A stretch of 32,000 nt of DNA from Opitutales bacterium (lineage in GTDB: Bacteria > Verrucomicrobiota > Verrucomicrobiia > Opitutales > PNEW01). A program made the translations under genes and the position numbers. The stretch lies in assembly GCA_965219535.1 (NCBI GenBank), contig CBDCNV010000002.1, forward strand, positions 1,350,001 through 1,382,000, read 5' to 3'. The notes under the pieces are model-generated. The model ran no database searches and was not told the DNA's origin. It saw nothing but the letters and a program-made list of their open reading frames with translations. The first letter of the stretch is position 1. Every line of letters begins with the position of its first letter. This document shows, one piece after another, positions 9,797 to 19,316 of this stretch.

Positions 9797-10898
9797 CGGA
9801 CTCCATGGACTCTTCGCGGAGGAGGAAAGCACGGATATCATATTTGCCCGGACGCTCTGGCGACAGGTGGCCCGATTCAACCATGAGATCGAGAGGGTTG
9901 ACGCGCGTCTGGAGCGGCAGGTCGACGCGCTCGTGACAGCGCGCGGACTCGTAAACTGCATGGATCATCTGGAGCGCTTTGAATCCATGCTCCGCTTCAC
10001 CGCGATGGTTCTCGATCTTTCCTTCAATCCAGTCCGCAAGTTCATCGGCTTGGGCGGTGCCACCCTCGAGCCATTCAAATGCATCTTCACCGGGTTTTGT
10101 AAAGCGACCATCGGGCTCATGCATCTTCCACTTACCCCCTGTTTCCGCATTCATCAGTTGAAGGTCGTTTACTGACATCTGAATCATACCTTCAGTGCCA
10201 TAAATATTCGCGCCCTGAAAGAGAGGAGAGGGCGTCAGGTCGCAGAGGATCAAGGCGCGTGCGCCGCGCGCAAACTGATAAACAACTTCAGCGCGGTCTT
10301 CGATTCTCGTGTTGCGCTCCCAGCGATCGGTTTTTCGTTCTATGTTTCCCATCGCCCAGACGCATTCGTCGTCACCGAGGAGGTAACGGAACATATCGGT
10401 CTGATGTGTGCAAAAATTGGGTAGCCCCTGTCCGCCGATACTTGTCATGAGGATCACATCGCCGACCGCCCCTTCGGCAATCAGGTTTTTGGCAAGTGTG
10501 TAGGAGGGTAAAAAACGACGCTGGTGGGCGATCGCAAGCTTTACCTCGTTGCGTTTACAGGCGATGATCATCTGTTCCGCGCGGCCGATGCTATCGGCCA
10601 TCGGTTTCTCACAGAGGATTACTTTTGGCCGGAACGCTGCTGCCGCAATCGTCCAATCGGCATGACCGATGTGCCAGGTGCAAACCGAGACAACATCCGG
10701 TTTTTCCTTTTCCAACATTTCTCGCGCATCCGTGTAGTGCTTGGGTTTTATACCGAAGGCTTCGTCGACTTCGTTCATGGCCGATTCGTGGAAATCAGCG
10801 AGTGCAACAATTTCGAATCGACCAGTAGTCAGATAGCCGCGAATGTGGTTGCGGGACATAAGTCCGCAGCCGATGATGGCAGTTTTATGAGTTTTCAT
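9780..10898 (-). CDS. Gfo/Idh/MocA family oxidoreductase
   Basis: 372 aa. The N-terminus KTAIIGCGLMSRNHIRGY is an NAD(P)-binding motif, and the EKP motif is present as LCEKPMA. Confidence 0.8.
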   Translation of the reverse strand: MKTHKTAIIGCGLMSRNHIRGYLTTGRFEIVALADFHESAMNEVDEAFGIKPKHYTDAREMLEKEKPDVVSVCTWHIGHADWTIAAAAFRPKVILCEKPMADSIGRAEQMIIACKRNEVKLAIAHQRRFLPSYTLAKNLIAEGAVGDVILMTSIGGQGLPNFCTHQTDMFRYLLGDDECVWAMGNIERKTDRWERNTRIEDRAEVVYQFARGARALILCDLTPSPLFQGANIYGTEGMIQMSVNDLQLMNAETGGKWKMHEPDGRFTKPGEDAFEWLEGGTAQADELADWIEGKIENHRGEAEHGFKALQMIHAVYESARCHERVDLPLQTRVNPLDLMVESGHLSPERPGKYDIRAFLLREESMESDEEID

Positions 10899-10907
10899 TC
10901 TGTTAGA

Positions 10908-10924
10908 GTCAAAAGGTCAAAAGG
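10908..10924 (-). promoter_or_regulatory. 2 tandem CTTTTGAC words (sense orientation) ending 9 nt upstream of ATG 10898
   Basis: The plus strand reads GTCAAAAGGTCAAAAGG. There is no Shine-Dalgarno-like purine run between the motif and the ATG. Confidence 0.4.
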
Positions 10925-11060
10925 AGAAATGCGTATATGTGAGAAAGCGTTGATGCGGTAGGAGAGAACATTAAGTAATTCTTGCATCCTCTATAGTGGA
11001 TCATGCTTCCAGTATCAATCCGCATTCTACAATCGAAATTCGACAATTGATAAGACCCTT

Positions 11061-11843
11061 TTACTTTTGCGAAGCGATATCTCTTATCTCGTCGAGCATC
11101 TTCTTGGAGTTTTCCATGAGGATCTCCCAGTCATCGCCGCACGAGATCCACGAGAGACCCAGGTCAATCCATTTTTTTATCGCGGCTGGATCGAAACCCA
11201 TTGAATTGCCAACTGGAATATTCTTTTTGATACCTGCTTGAAAGATTGTCTCTACAGCTCCGAGGACTTCGGGATGACTAAACTGACCGGGTAGATTCAT
11301 CGATAGTGAAAGATCAAATGGACCAACCGTAATGCTGTCGATACCGGGAACGCTGACAACGTTGTCGATGTCTTTGACCGCGTCAATGTGTTCGATCTGG
11401 ATTATGACCATCATCTCTTCATCGACTTGCGCCAGGTATTCTTCAAATGGAAGCATCCCGTAGCGGACGCCGCGGGTCGGACCGTAACCACGAACGCCGC
11501 GAGGAGGGTAGCGACAACTGGAAATCGCTGATTCAGCCCGCTCGACACTGTCAATTCGCGGGACGATGACTGCAGAGGGATGCAATTCAAGGATGGGTTT
11601 GACAACGACGGGATCGTCGGATGGCACGCGAATCCAAGCCGCCGTTCCTGATGCACGCGCGGCACGCACGTGTGCCGCTGCATCGACAATGGTCATCGCC
11701 GAGTGTTCCATGTCGATCCATACGAAGTCAAAACCGGCCTCACCGTACAACTCGCTGACGGTGGCTTCGGCCAGTGTGATCTGGGTGCCGACACAAAGTT
11801 GTCCTTTGGACCATTTCTCTCGAATACGTGGTGTATGATTCAT
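11061..11843 (-). CDS. HpcH/HpaI family 2-keto-3-deoxy-acid aldolase
   Basis: Family blocks are present: FVWIDMEHS, WIRVP, RYPPRGVRGYGP, IQIEH..AV.DID and VGPFDLS. The track start at 11864 is a TTG inside the CTTTTGAC repeat. I prefer ATG 11843 (MNHTPRIREKW). Confidence 0.8.
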   Translation of the reverse strand: MNHTPRIREKWSKGQLCVGTQITLAEATVSELYGEAGFDFVWIDMEHSAMTIVDAAAHVRAARASGTAAWIRVPSDDPVVVKPILELHPSAVIVPRIDSVERAESAISSCRYPPRGVRGYGPTRGVRYGMLPFEEYLAQVDEEMMVIIQIEHIDAVKDIDNVVSVPGIDSITVGPFDLSLSMNLPGQFSHPEVLGAVETIFQAGIKKNIPVGNSMGFDPAAIKKWIDLGLSWISCGDDWEILMENSKKMLDEIRDIASQK

Positions 11844-11859
11844 AAATGGAATGGTTAAA

Positions 11860-11884
11860 GTCAAAATGTCAAAAAGTCAAAGGG
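11860..11884 (-). promoter_or_regulatory. 3 tandem (C)TTTTGAC words ending 16 nt upstream of ATG 11843
   Basis: The plus strand reads GTCAAAATGTCAAAAAGTCAAAGGG. Confidence 0.4.
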
Positions 11885-11932
11885 TAGAGTAATCAGTAAT
11901 CAGTGAACAGTGGAAATGCCATAGCAGTGTTA

Positions 11933-12013
11933 AGGTGGAGCGGGTTGTCCCTAGCACGCTTCTTAATTAATCAATTATTATTACAAACGCGCTTGGGACA
12001 GCGCGTTCCACCT
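11933..12013. repeat. Imperfect inverted repeat of the 25-27-nt word AGGTGGAGCGGGYTGTCCCTAGCRCGC with a ~28-nt AT-rich loop
   Basis: Arms are at 11933-11959 and 11988-12013. The element lies in the divergent region between the aldolase (-) and the 2Fe-2S subunit (+). Confidence 0.8.
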
Positions 12014-12250
12014 TTCATACTAATTAAATAAATTCAGCATCCATTCGTATTTACGTATATTCTATTACTCGCATTTACAATATGGATTTTCGGTTATTTT
12101 CATCTTAACAATCTTCAATCAGTGCCGAGGGCTAAGCCCGACATTTTCCAAATCGCCAATTGAAAAGGCCCCTTTTGATAAAAATAAGAGATCGAACATT
12201 GGTGTCGACAAAGGGCGGTATTTTATAAGGTCATATGAGGGCAAGAGGCT

Positions 12251-12718
12251 ATGAGTGATATCAATTTGAAGGTGAATGGCCATTCACATACAGTGGACGT
12301 AGATCCGGCGACGCCATTGCTTCATGTGTTGAGTGACGACCTCGAGTTGCGTGGGCCTAAATTTGGCTGTGGGCTGGCGCAGTGCGGATCCTGCACAGTC
12401 CTCACCGGCGGCCGGGCTATCCGTTCCTGTGTCACACCCGTCGGAACGGTGGAGGGAGCGGAGATCACGACATTGGAGGGGTTGGGCACTACCGAAAAAC
12501 CGCACCCGATACAACAGGTTTTCATTGATGAGCAGGCCACTCAGTGTGGGTTCTGTCTTAGCGGCGTGATCCTGACGGCCAAAGCACTGCTGGATGAAAA
12601 CCCGAAGGCGAGCGATGAGCAGATTCGCCAGGCGTTGTCGACCGTACTGTGCCGTTGTTTTGCTAACGCACGAATGCTTCGGGCGATCAAGCGTTATGCA
12701 AAGGAGTTGTCCGGATGA
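12251..12718 (+). CDS. (2Fe-2S)-binding small subunit of a xanthine dehydrogenase/aldehyde oxidase-family enzyme (IorA-like)
   Basis: 155 aa. The two cluster motifs are CGLAQCGSCTV and CGFCLSG. A GAGG-like RBS lies upstream. Confidence 0.85.
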   Translation: MSDINLKVNGHSHTVDVDPATPLLHVLSDDLELRGPKFGCGLAQCGSCTVLTGGRAIRSCVTPVGTVEGAEITTLEGLGTTEKPHPIQQVFIDEQATQCGFCLSGVILTAKALLDENPKASDEQIRQALSTVLCRCFANARMLRAIKRYAKELSG

Positions 12719-15087
12719 AGAAGCGATCACCAGTCCCTGGAGATGTATCAACCCTGGCTCCGGAGGCTTTGGCGGCGTTGAAACGGAATGGATTTTCCCG
12801 CAGAGACTTTCTCAAGGGAGCCGGGGCTTTGATTGTCACATTCAGTGTTGCAGGAACCCCAGATATACTGACCTCGAGATTATTGGCTGCCCCAAGACCT
12901 GGGGTCCCTGGAGACCAATTGGACTCATGGATAGCCATCGGCATGGACGGGGCAGTTACCGCCTACACCGGAAAATGTGAACTGGGTCAGGGCATTTACA
13001 CGGCGCAAATCCAGCTGATCGCCGAGGAGCTGGTGGTGCCGATCGATCACGTGAATCTGATTCAGTGCGATACCGCGCTCACTCCCGATCAGGGCACCAC
13101 ATCCGGCAGCCTGTCCCACCCGACCAACTTTAACTCGACCAACCTGGCTCAGGCCGCGGCAACCGCTCGTGAAGCCTTGGTCCGTCTGGCCGCGAAACGA
13201 TTCGGGGTTGCGATCGAAAAACTTAGGATCGAAGAGGGATTGATCAGTGCCCTGGCTGATCCTTCCAGGAGCGTCTCATACGGGGAGCTGATCGGAGGGA
13301 GGAAATTTGACCTCGCACTGGACCTCGCGGCTAAACGCATACAGCCAAATGACTGGCGTGTCCTGGGAACGTCGGTCCACCGCGCGGAAATCCCCGACCT
13401 CGTCACCGGGCGTTTTGAGTTTGTTCATAACCTGCGTGTACCGGGTATGCTGCATGGCAAAGTTGTCCGGCCACCTGCCGTGGGCGCTCGACTGGTTGGC
13501 GTAGACGAGCGCTCGGTTCGAGACCATCCCGGTTTCGTAAAGGTGGTTGTCAAGAAAGACTTCGTGGGCATTGTCGCCGAAAAACCCTGGCAGGCGATCC
13601 AGGTCGCTGACAAGCTCGCGTGCACTTGGAGACCTGGAGTCGAGCTTCCCAAACACAATGATTTTTATGAACACCTGCGTCACCAGAAACCAACACGTGA
13701 TACCTTCGTCGTGAATTCGAATGATGTTCCTGAGACGCTCGCAAAAGCGACCCGGATTATCAACGCGACCTACCGTCATCCTTATCAGATGCATGGATCA
13801 ATAGGCAGTTCATGCGCGGTTGCCGATGTGCAGGAGAACAAAGCCACCATCTGGTCGGCAACACAGGCGGTGAACCCCTTAAAGAAAACAGCTGCGATGA
13901 TCCTGGGTCTGTCGCCAAATGAGGTGCGGGTAATTTTTAAGATGGGATCCGGCTGCTATGGAGTTAACGGGGCGGACACTGTGTCCTACGATGCCGCGCT
14001 CTTGTCTCAGGCGGTAGGTCGACCTGTCCGAGTGCAGCTCAGTCGAAAAGATGAAATGGCTTGGGAGAATTATGGTTATGCTTTTGTTATCGACCAGAAA
14101 ATGGGGCTCGATGAGAAAGGGCGGATTATTGCTTGGGATTATGAAGCCTGGTATCCTTCGTTAGGCACTCGCCCGGGCAGAGATCATCCTGGAAATGTCG
14201 TCACAGGGTTTCTCGCTGGTTTTAAACCTCAAGCTTTTGTTCCGAGGACTCCCGCCCCTGCACCTAAGGGTAAGTTCCGTAATAATCGCAACTCGGCTCC
14301 CTCCTATATTGCCGGTTGTGTCAACGGACACTGTGGTGGCACGGGTAGAATTAAGAGTGAACGGGTACTGGCTCACAATATCGAATCGCGATTCTTCACC
14401 GGACCCCTGAGATCTCCATCACGGCTCCAAAATACTTTTGCACACGAGGGTCTCATGGATGAAGCAGCGGCACAGCTCGGAGTAGACCCGGTGGCTTTTC
14501 GACTTGAGCATTTATCCGACCCACGATTGATCGCAGTGGTAAAAGCGGTCGCCAAGAAAGCCAGATGGGAATCCCGTCCTATACCCCGGAAGGGTCTCAG
14601 TAAACAAGGTGTCGCAACGGGACGTGGTTTCGCCTGTGTCTTATATAAAGGGTCGAACGGTTATTGCGCTCTCGCGGCAATTGTCGATGTCGATCAGGAT
14701 ACGGGGACAATAGTAGTTAAAAAATTCGTGTCCGGTATAGACTGCGGTCCGATTTCCAATCCGGATGGACTACGTAACCAGATTGAAGGCGGAACCCTTC
14801 AGGGAATGAGTCGTGCGCTTCTCGAAGAGGTTACTTGGGACGATGAAAAGGTGACTTCGGTGGACTGGAGAACATACCCAAGTCTGATGCTGGGTTTCGA
14901 GATGCCTGAGATGGAAACGGTTCTAGTAAACCGGCCCGACGTTGATGCGATGGGCGCAGGTGAATCGACGATAACCCTGGTGGCGGCGGCCATCGGCAAC
15001 GCCATCTTCGACGCCACCGGTGCGCGCATCCGAGAGGTGCCCTTCACCCCGGCCCGTGTGCAAGTCGCACTCGCAAACCGAACCTGA
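12715..15087 (+). CDS. molybdopterin-binding large subunit (IorB-like) with a twin-arginine signal
   Basis: 790 aa. The Tat motif is SRRDFLKGAGALIV. The ATGA start/stop overlap with the small subunit implies translational coupling. Confidence 0.8.
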   Translation: MKKRSPVPGDVSTLAPEALAALKRNGFSRRDFLKGAGALIVTFSVAGTPDILTSRLLAAPRPGVPGDQLDSWIAIGMDGAVTAYTGKCELGQGIYTAQIQLIAEELVVPIDHVNLIQCDTALTPDQGTTSGSLSHPTNFNSTNLAQAAATAREALVRLAAKRFGVAIEKLRIEEGLISALADPSRSVSYGELIGGRKFDLALDLAAKRIQPNDWRVLGTSVHRAEIPDLVTGRFEFVHNLRVPGMLHGKVVRPPAVGARLVGVDERSVRDHPGFVKVVVKKDFVGIVAEKPWQAIQVADKLACTWRPGVELPKHNDFYEHLRHQKPTRDTFVVNSNDVPETLAKATRIINATYRHPYQMHGSIGSSCAVADVQENKATIWSATQAVNPLKKTAAMILGLSPNEVRVIFKMGSGCYGVNGADTVSYDAALLSQAVGRPVRVQLSRKDEMAWENYGYAFVIDQKMGLDEKGRIIAWDYEAWYPSLGTRPGRDHPGNVVTGFLAGFKPQAFVPRTPAPAPKGKFRNNRNSAPSYIAGCVNGHCGGTGRIKSERVLAHNIESRFFTGPLRSPSRLQNTFAHEGLMDEAAAQLGVDPVAFRLEHLSDPRLIAVVKAVAKKARWESRPIPRKGLSKQGVATGRGFACVLYKGSNGYCALAAIVDVDQDTGTIVVKKFVSGIDCGPISNPDGLRNQIEGGTLQGMSRALLEEVTWDDEKVTSVDWRTYPSLMLGFEMPEMETVLVNRPDVDAMGAGESTITLVAAAIGNAIFDATGARIREVPFTPARVQVALANRT

Positions 15088-15140
15088 CTACCAATTTACA
15101 ATTGCGGATTAGTCAGAGATAGCCACAAGATTCACAAGAA

Positions 15141-15167
15141 GCGTGCTAGGGACAGCCCGCTCCACCT
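15141..15167. repeat. Solo copy (reverse orientation) of the 27-nt GGTGGAGCGGGCTGTCCCTAGCACGC word
   Basis: The sequence is GCGTGCTAGGGACAGCCCGCTCCACCT, in a convergent intergenic region. Confidence 0.8.
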
Positions 15168-15230
15168 TTGCTAAAAGTCTACCGCATTTCCCCTTTTTGA
15201 CGTTTTGACTCTGACTGCGAGATTTAGCGG

Positions 15231-16364
15231 TCAGATATACCCAGTGGATCCGTCAGGCCGTATGGGTGTGGTGCGCTGCCAGTGGAGATAGTCATCCTTA
15301 CTGATTGCCTCTTCGTCTACTTCCACACCGAGGCCGGGGCGGTCGCGGAGTTCAAGGTAGCCGTCTTTAGGAATGTAAGGATCATCCAGCCAGTGGTTAT
15401 CGACCGGGGGCAGATACTCCAGGATTGTAAAGTTAGGGGTGCTGGCTGCGAAGTGGACGTTGACTGCCGTGGCAAGCGGTCCCATGGGATTGTGTGGGGC
15501 AACCGTGACGAAATGCGCTTCCGCAATGGCGGCGATTCTTTTCATTTCCAACAAGCCGCCGCAGGCGCAAATGTCGGGTTGAATAATGTCCGCGCCCTGC
15601 GCGGCAACGAGGTTGAGGAATTCAAATCGGGTGTAGAGACTTTCACCCGTAGCAAGTGGAACTTTCATTTGAGAGCGCAGTCGTGACCACGCCGGGATAT
15701 GTTCAGGTCGCAGTGGTTCTTCGTAGAAGAGAGGATCGTAGGGGGCCAGGGCATTGGCAAGCTGCAGCGCGAGGATCGGCTCGATAATTTTGGCATGGGG
15801 ATCGAAAGCGAACTCCCAGTTAGCATCCGTGTGTTCGCGAAGTTCTTCAAAGTATTTGGCAGCGGCTTTGCAGACTAACCCCCAGCGGTTGGCATTCATG
15901 TCGATGCGGTAAGGGCTTGTTTTAAACGCGGTGACTCCACATTCCTCGTTCAGTTTTATCGCTTGCTCTGCCGTTTCCTTCCCGCTCGCACCATTAGCAT
16001 GGCAGTAGATCTGGATGCGATCACGTGCCGTGCCGCCCAGAAGCATATATACCGGGAGTCCTGCGGCTTTCCCGCTGATATCCCAGAGGGCGTGGTCGAC
16101 TGCCGACATCGCGGCCAACCCGATCGACCCCGGTGGAAAACGAAACTGCTGATACAGTTTCAACATAATGTATTCAATCCGGCGCGGGTCTTCGCCTTTG
16201 ATCATCTCGAAAATGTAATCGGCAATCGGCTTGATCGCCAGGTCCGGTCCATGATTGTAGGCCTCACCCCATCCGTATAGCCCTTCGTCTGTTTCGACCT
16301 TAATAAGCGCACGCGGACGGTTTGCCCAGCGCGTCATGAAAGTTTTAATCGCCGTTATTTGCAT
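15231..16364 (-). CDS. enolase-superfamily (mandelate racemase/muconate lactonizing family) sugar-acid dehydratase, galactonate-dehydratase-like
   Basis: 377 aa. The N-terminus MQITAIKTF...IKVETDEGLYGWGEA fits the family. Metal-ligand-like positions are FDPH, YEEP and ATGES. Confidence 0.75.
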   Translation of the reverse strand: MQITAIKTFMTRWANRPRALIKVETDEGLYGWGEAYNHGPDLAIKPIADYIFEMIKGEDPRRIEYIMLKLYQQFRFPPGSIGLAAMSAVDHALWDISGKAAGLPVYMLLGGTARDRIQIYCHANGASGKETAEQAIKLNEECGVTAFKTSPYRIDMNANRWGLVCKAAAKYFEELREHTDANWEFAFDPHAKIIEPILALQLANALAPYDPLFYEEPLRPEHIPAWSRLRSQMKVPLATGESLYTRFEFLNLVAAQGADIIQPDICACGGLLEMKRIAAIAEAHFVTVAPHNPMGPLATAVNVHFAASTPNFTILEYLPPVDNHWLDDPYIPKDGYLELRDRPGLGVEVDEEAISKDDYLHWQRTTPIRPDGSTGYI

Positions 16365-16372
16365 GGGTGTTA

Positions 16373-16405
16373 GTCAAAAAGTCAAAAAGTCAAAATGTCA
16401 AAAAG
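16373..16405 (-). promoter_or_regulatory. 4 tandem CTTTTTGAC words ending 8 nt upstream of ATG 16364
   Basis: The plus strand reads GTCAAAAAGTCAAAAAGTCAAAATGTCAAAAAGG. Confidence 0.4.
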
Positions 16406-16532
16406 GAAGAGAGTTCCTATCGATTAAACTCGGGAAAGGCATGTTTAGAGGTTGAGATAAAGTTATTGTATCCGCTAGGATCAATTGACAATCGAAAATC
16501 GACAATTGATATGACCTTTTGACTATCTTCCC

Positions 16533-17759
16533 ATGTACGTTTCTCACCTGTCGTGTCCCAAGTGTAGTGCGACTTATGACAGTGAACAGATAAATCAACT
16601 GTGTAAGTGTGGCGCTCCACTGTTGGTTGACTATGACCTGGATAAGATCAAGGACGTTTTTACGAGGGAAATGCTAAAAGGGCGGGAGCCGACGCTGTGG
16701 CGCTACCGTGAACTGCTGCCGGTTAAAAATGAAGAAAACATCATCTCCCTGGGGGAGGGGATGACACCGCTGCTGCCTTTGAAGCAGTTGGGTCCCAAGG
16801 TGAAGATACCCAAGCTCTACCTGAAGGACGAAGGCATAATTCCGACCGGTTCATTTAAAGCCCGAGGTGCTGCGGTGGGTGTTTCGCGCGCCAGGGAACT
16901 GGGTGTCAAGTCACTGGCGATGCCGACCAATGGTAATGCCGGGGCTGCCTGGGCGGTTTACTGCGCATCAGCCGGTATCGAGGCGGTTATTGTGATGCCC
17001 GAAGATGCGCCCCCCATTCCACGAGGCGAGTGTGCCATTGCCGGCGCTTCACTCTACCTGGTTAGTGGATTGATTTCCGATGCTGGTAAAATCGTGGCCC
17101 AGGCTGTAAAAGAATACGATTGGTTTGATGCTTCAACCCTCAAAGAGCCTTACCGGATCGAGGGAAAAAAAACGATGGGACTGGAGCTGGCCGAGCAGTT
17201 CAACTGGGTTATGCCTGAGGTAATCATTTATCCCACCGGCGGAGGGGTGGGTATCATCGGTATCTACAAAGCCCTGGTGGAACTCAAAACCTTGGGATGG
17301 GTGCAGGGTGATCTGCCTCGCCTGGTGGCGGTCCAAGCTACCGGCTGCGCACCGATCGTCAAAGCCTTTGAGGAAAAACGAGCGGAATCCGAGTTCTGGG
17401 AAGGCGCCAACACCTGCGCTTTTGGTCTCAATGTGCCCAAAGCCCTCGGTGACTTTCTCGTGCTGGACGCTATCTACAAGACCGACGGCTGCGCGCTGGC
17501 CGTGGCTGATGAAGAGCTGTTGGAAGCATCGGCTCTGCTCGCCAGTAGCGAAGGTGCCTTTGTTTGCCCGGAAGGGGCCGCTACCTTGAGCGCCGCGATT
17601 AAGCTGGTTGATAGCGGCTGGATCAAACCCGAAGACCGTGTCGTTTTGCTCAACACCGGATCCGGGATAAAATATCCTGAAACCGTTCAGGTTACCCCGC
17701 CCGTGCTGCAACCTGGTGACCGCTTGCCGAAGGTGAACAGTGATCAGAAGCACAAGTAG
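16533..17759 (+). CDS. threonine synthase-family PLP enzyme with an N-terminal Cys4 zinc-ribbon
   Basis: 408 aa. The zinc-ribbon cysteines are CPKCS...CKCG. The PLP-lysine motif is PTGSFKARGA. One CCTTTTGAC word (16515-16523) ends 9 nt upstream of the ATG. Confidence 0.8.
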   Translation: MYVSHLSCPKCSATYDSEQINQLCKCGAPLLVDYDLDKIKDVFTREMLKGREPTLWRYRELLPVKNEENIISLGEGMTPLLPLKQLGPKVKIPKLYLKDEGIIPTGSFKARGAAVGVSRARELGVKSLAMPTNGNAGAAWAVYCASAGIEAVIVMPEDAPPIPRGECAIAGASLYLVSGLISDAGKIVAQAVKEYDWFDASTLKEPYRIEGKKTMGLELAEQFNWVMPEVIIYPTGGGVGIIGIYKALVELKTLGWVQGDLPRLVAVQATGCAPIVKAFEEKRAESEFWEGANTCAFGLNVPKALGDFLVLDAIYKTDGCALAVADEELLEASALLASSEGAFVCPEGAATLSAAIKLVDSGWIKPEDRVVLLNTGSGIKYPETVQVTPPVLQPGDRLPKVNSDQKHK

Positions 17760-17859
17760 TGTTAAGTTTTAGGTGTTAGGTTTTAAGTGAAGATAGAAAT
17801 AGTTTCAGCATCTTTCGCGGGTTAATCTTCTTTCTCCCAATCCGAAATCCGCAATTGAA

Positions 17860-19083
17860 ATGACCCTCGATGAGCAACTGAACAGATCTGAGTTCTATGC
17901 CAATCCTTATCCGGTTTACCAACTGCTTCGTTCCGAGGACCCGGTACATTGGAGTGAGATTATGGGCAGTTGGATCCTCACCCGTTACGAGGATGTCATG
18001 TCCTCGATGCGGGATGCACACTTGTTTTCAAATGCGGGTCGGCATGCCTTATCTCTAAATCGCCTGCCGGAAGCATTGCAGAAAAAGGCGAAACCGATTT
18101 ACGACCATTACGCTGTGGGGTTGATTCACTCCGACCCTCCGGATCACACCCGGATCCGCGCCCTGGTTAACAAGGTATTTACCACGCAGGCGATGGAATG
18201 CTTGCGACCACGCATTCATTCGATCGTCAACCAATTGCTCGATGCTGTATCGGAGGCAGGAAAGATGGATGTGATTCGAGATTTTGCCTACCCATTGCCC
18301 GTTGCCATTATCAGCGAGATACTTGGCGTGTCGACTGAAGATCATGATCAGTTCAAATACTGGTCCGACGGCATCAGCGGACTGACCGCTACCGGTTGTT
18401 CAACGCCCGAAAACCTTGAGCGTGGCTTGCCCAGCCTGCATCACTTGCGGGAGTATCTCGGCCGCCTCATAGCGCAACGGCGTAAGCAACCCAAAGATGA
18501 TCTGATCAGTGTCCTTGTCGCTGTCGAAGATCAGGGCGACAGGCTCAGCGAAGATGAGTTGTTGACAACCTATCAGACCTTGATCACGGCTGGCTTCGAG
18601 ACCACGATGAACCTGATTGGGAACGGATTGCTCTCCCTGTTACGCAATCCTGAGCAATTGCAGCTTCTGAAAGACAATCCGGACTTGGTCGACGGTGCGA
18701 TTGAGGAGATGTTGCGTTACGAATCCCCGTTCCAACGCAATTGGCGCGTAGCTACAGTCGATCTCGAGTTAGAGGGTAAATCAATACGCGCGGGTCAACT
18801 CGTTGCCCAGATGTTGGGTGCGGCCAACCGTGACCCCGCGCAGTTTCCCGATCCCGATCGGTTCGATATCACCCGACAACCCAACCGTCACATCGCTTTC
18901 GGCTATGGTATCCACTTCTGCGTCGGCGCGCCACTGGCCCGTCTCGAAGCCTCGATCGCCTTTAACACACTCCTCCGGCGATTGCCCGAGTTGCGCCTCG
19001 GAAGTGATGTGATCGAGTGGCGGAAAGAAATTGTCTTTCGCGGCTTGAAGTCCCTGCCCGTCCTCTTCGACGGGAATCAGTGA
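17860..19083 (+). CDS. cytochrome P450
   Basis: 407 aa. The I-helix is AGFETT, the EXXR motif is EEMLRYESP, and the Cys-ligand loop is FGYGIHFCVGAPLAR. Confidence 0.9.
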   Translation: MTLDEQLNRSEFYANPYPVYQLLRSEDPVHWSEIMGSWILTRYEDVMSSMRDAHLFSNAGRHALSLNRLPEALQKKAKPIYDHYAVGLIHSDPPDHTRIRALVNKVFTTQAMECLRPRIHSIVNQLLDAVSEAGKMDVIRDFAYPLPVAIISEILGVSTEDHDQFKYWSDGISGLTATGCSTPENLERGLPSLHHLREYLGRLIAQRRKQPKDDLISVLVAVEDQGDRLSEDELLTTYQTLITAGFETTMNLIGNGLLSLLRNPEQLQLLKDNPDLVDGAIEEMLRYESPFQRNWRVATVDLELEGKSIRAGQLVAQMLGAANRDPAQFPDPDRFDITRQPNRHIAFGYGIHFCVGAPLARLEASIAFNTLLRRLPELRLGSDVIEWRKEIVFRGLKSLPVLFDGNQ

Positions 19084-19316
19084 TCAGTAAACAGTGAGTA
19101 ACCTATTGCGGATCTCGGATTTCAGATTGCGGATTGATAAAAAATGCATGATACAAGATGCAGGATGCTGGATAATCATAAATGATCCCGCATCATAGCA
19201 TTCACCCATCTTCGCATATACGCTTTAACACATATCCCTTTTGACTTTTGACTCTACACAATCCGCATTTCCACATCATCGCATACACGCATGTTCGCAT
19301 TAACGCGCGTCAGCGC

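Noticed and set aside
9797-9961. N-terminal 55-aa extension of the 8792..9961 ORF.
   Set aside because: The extension lies wholly inside the upstream Gfo/Idh/MocA gene and is Ser/Arg-rich. The Rossmann-type N-terminus begins at Met 56 (ATG 9796).
12020-12250. Possible Moco-type riboswitch upstream of the molybdoenzyme operon.
   Set aside because: I could not find the conserved paired elements I would expect. The region is AT-rich and looks like a plain promoter and leader. A covariance-model scan would be needed to decide.
7895-17753. Antisense or out-of-frame ORFs inside large genes, for example 7895..8317, 9747..10175, 10524..10961, 12284..12751, 13276..13794, 15282..15686 and 17133..17753.
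   Set aside because: Each is fully nested opposite or out of frame within a gene that has clear family motifs. Their translations are Arg/Ser/Gly-rich, typical of shadow ORFs.
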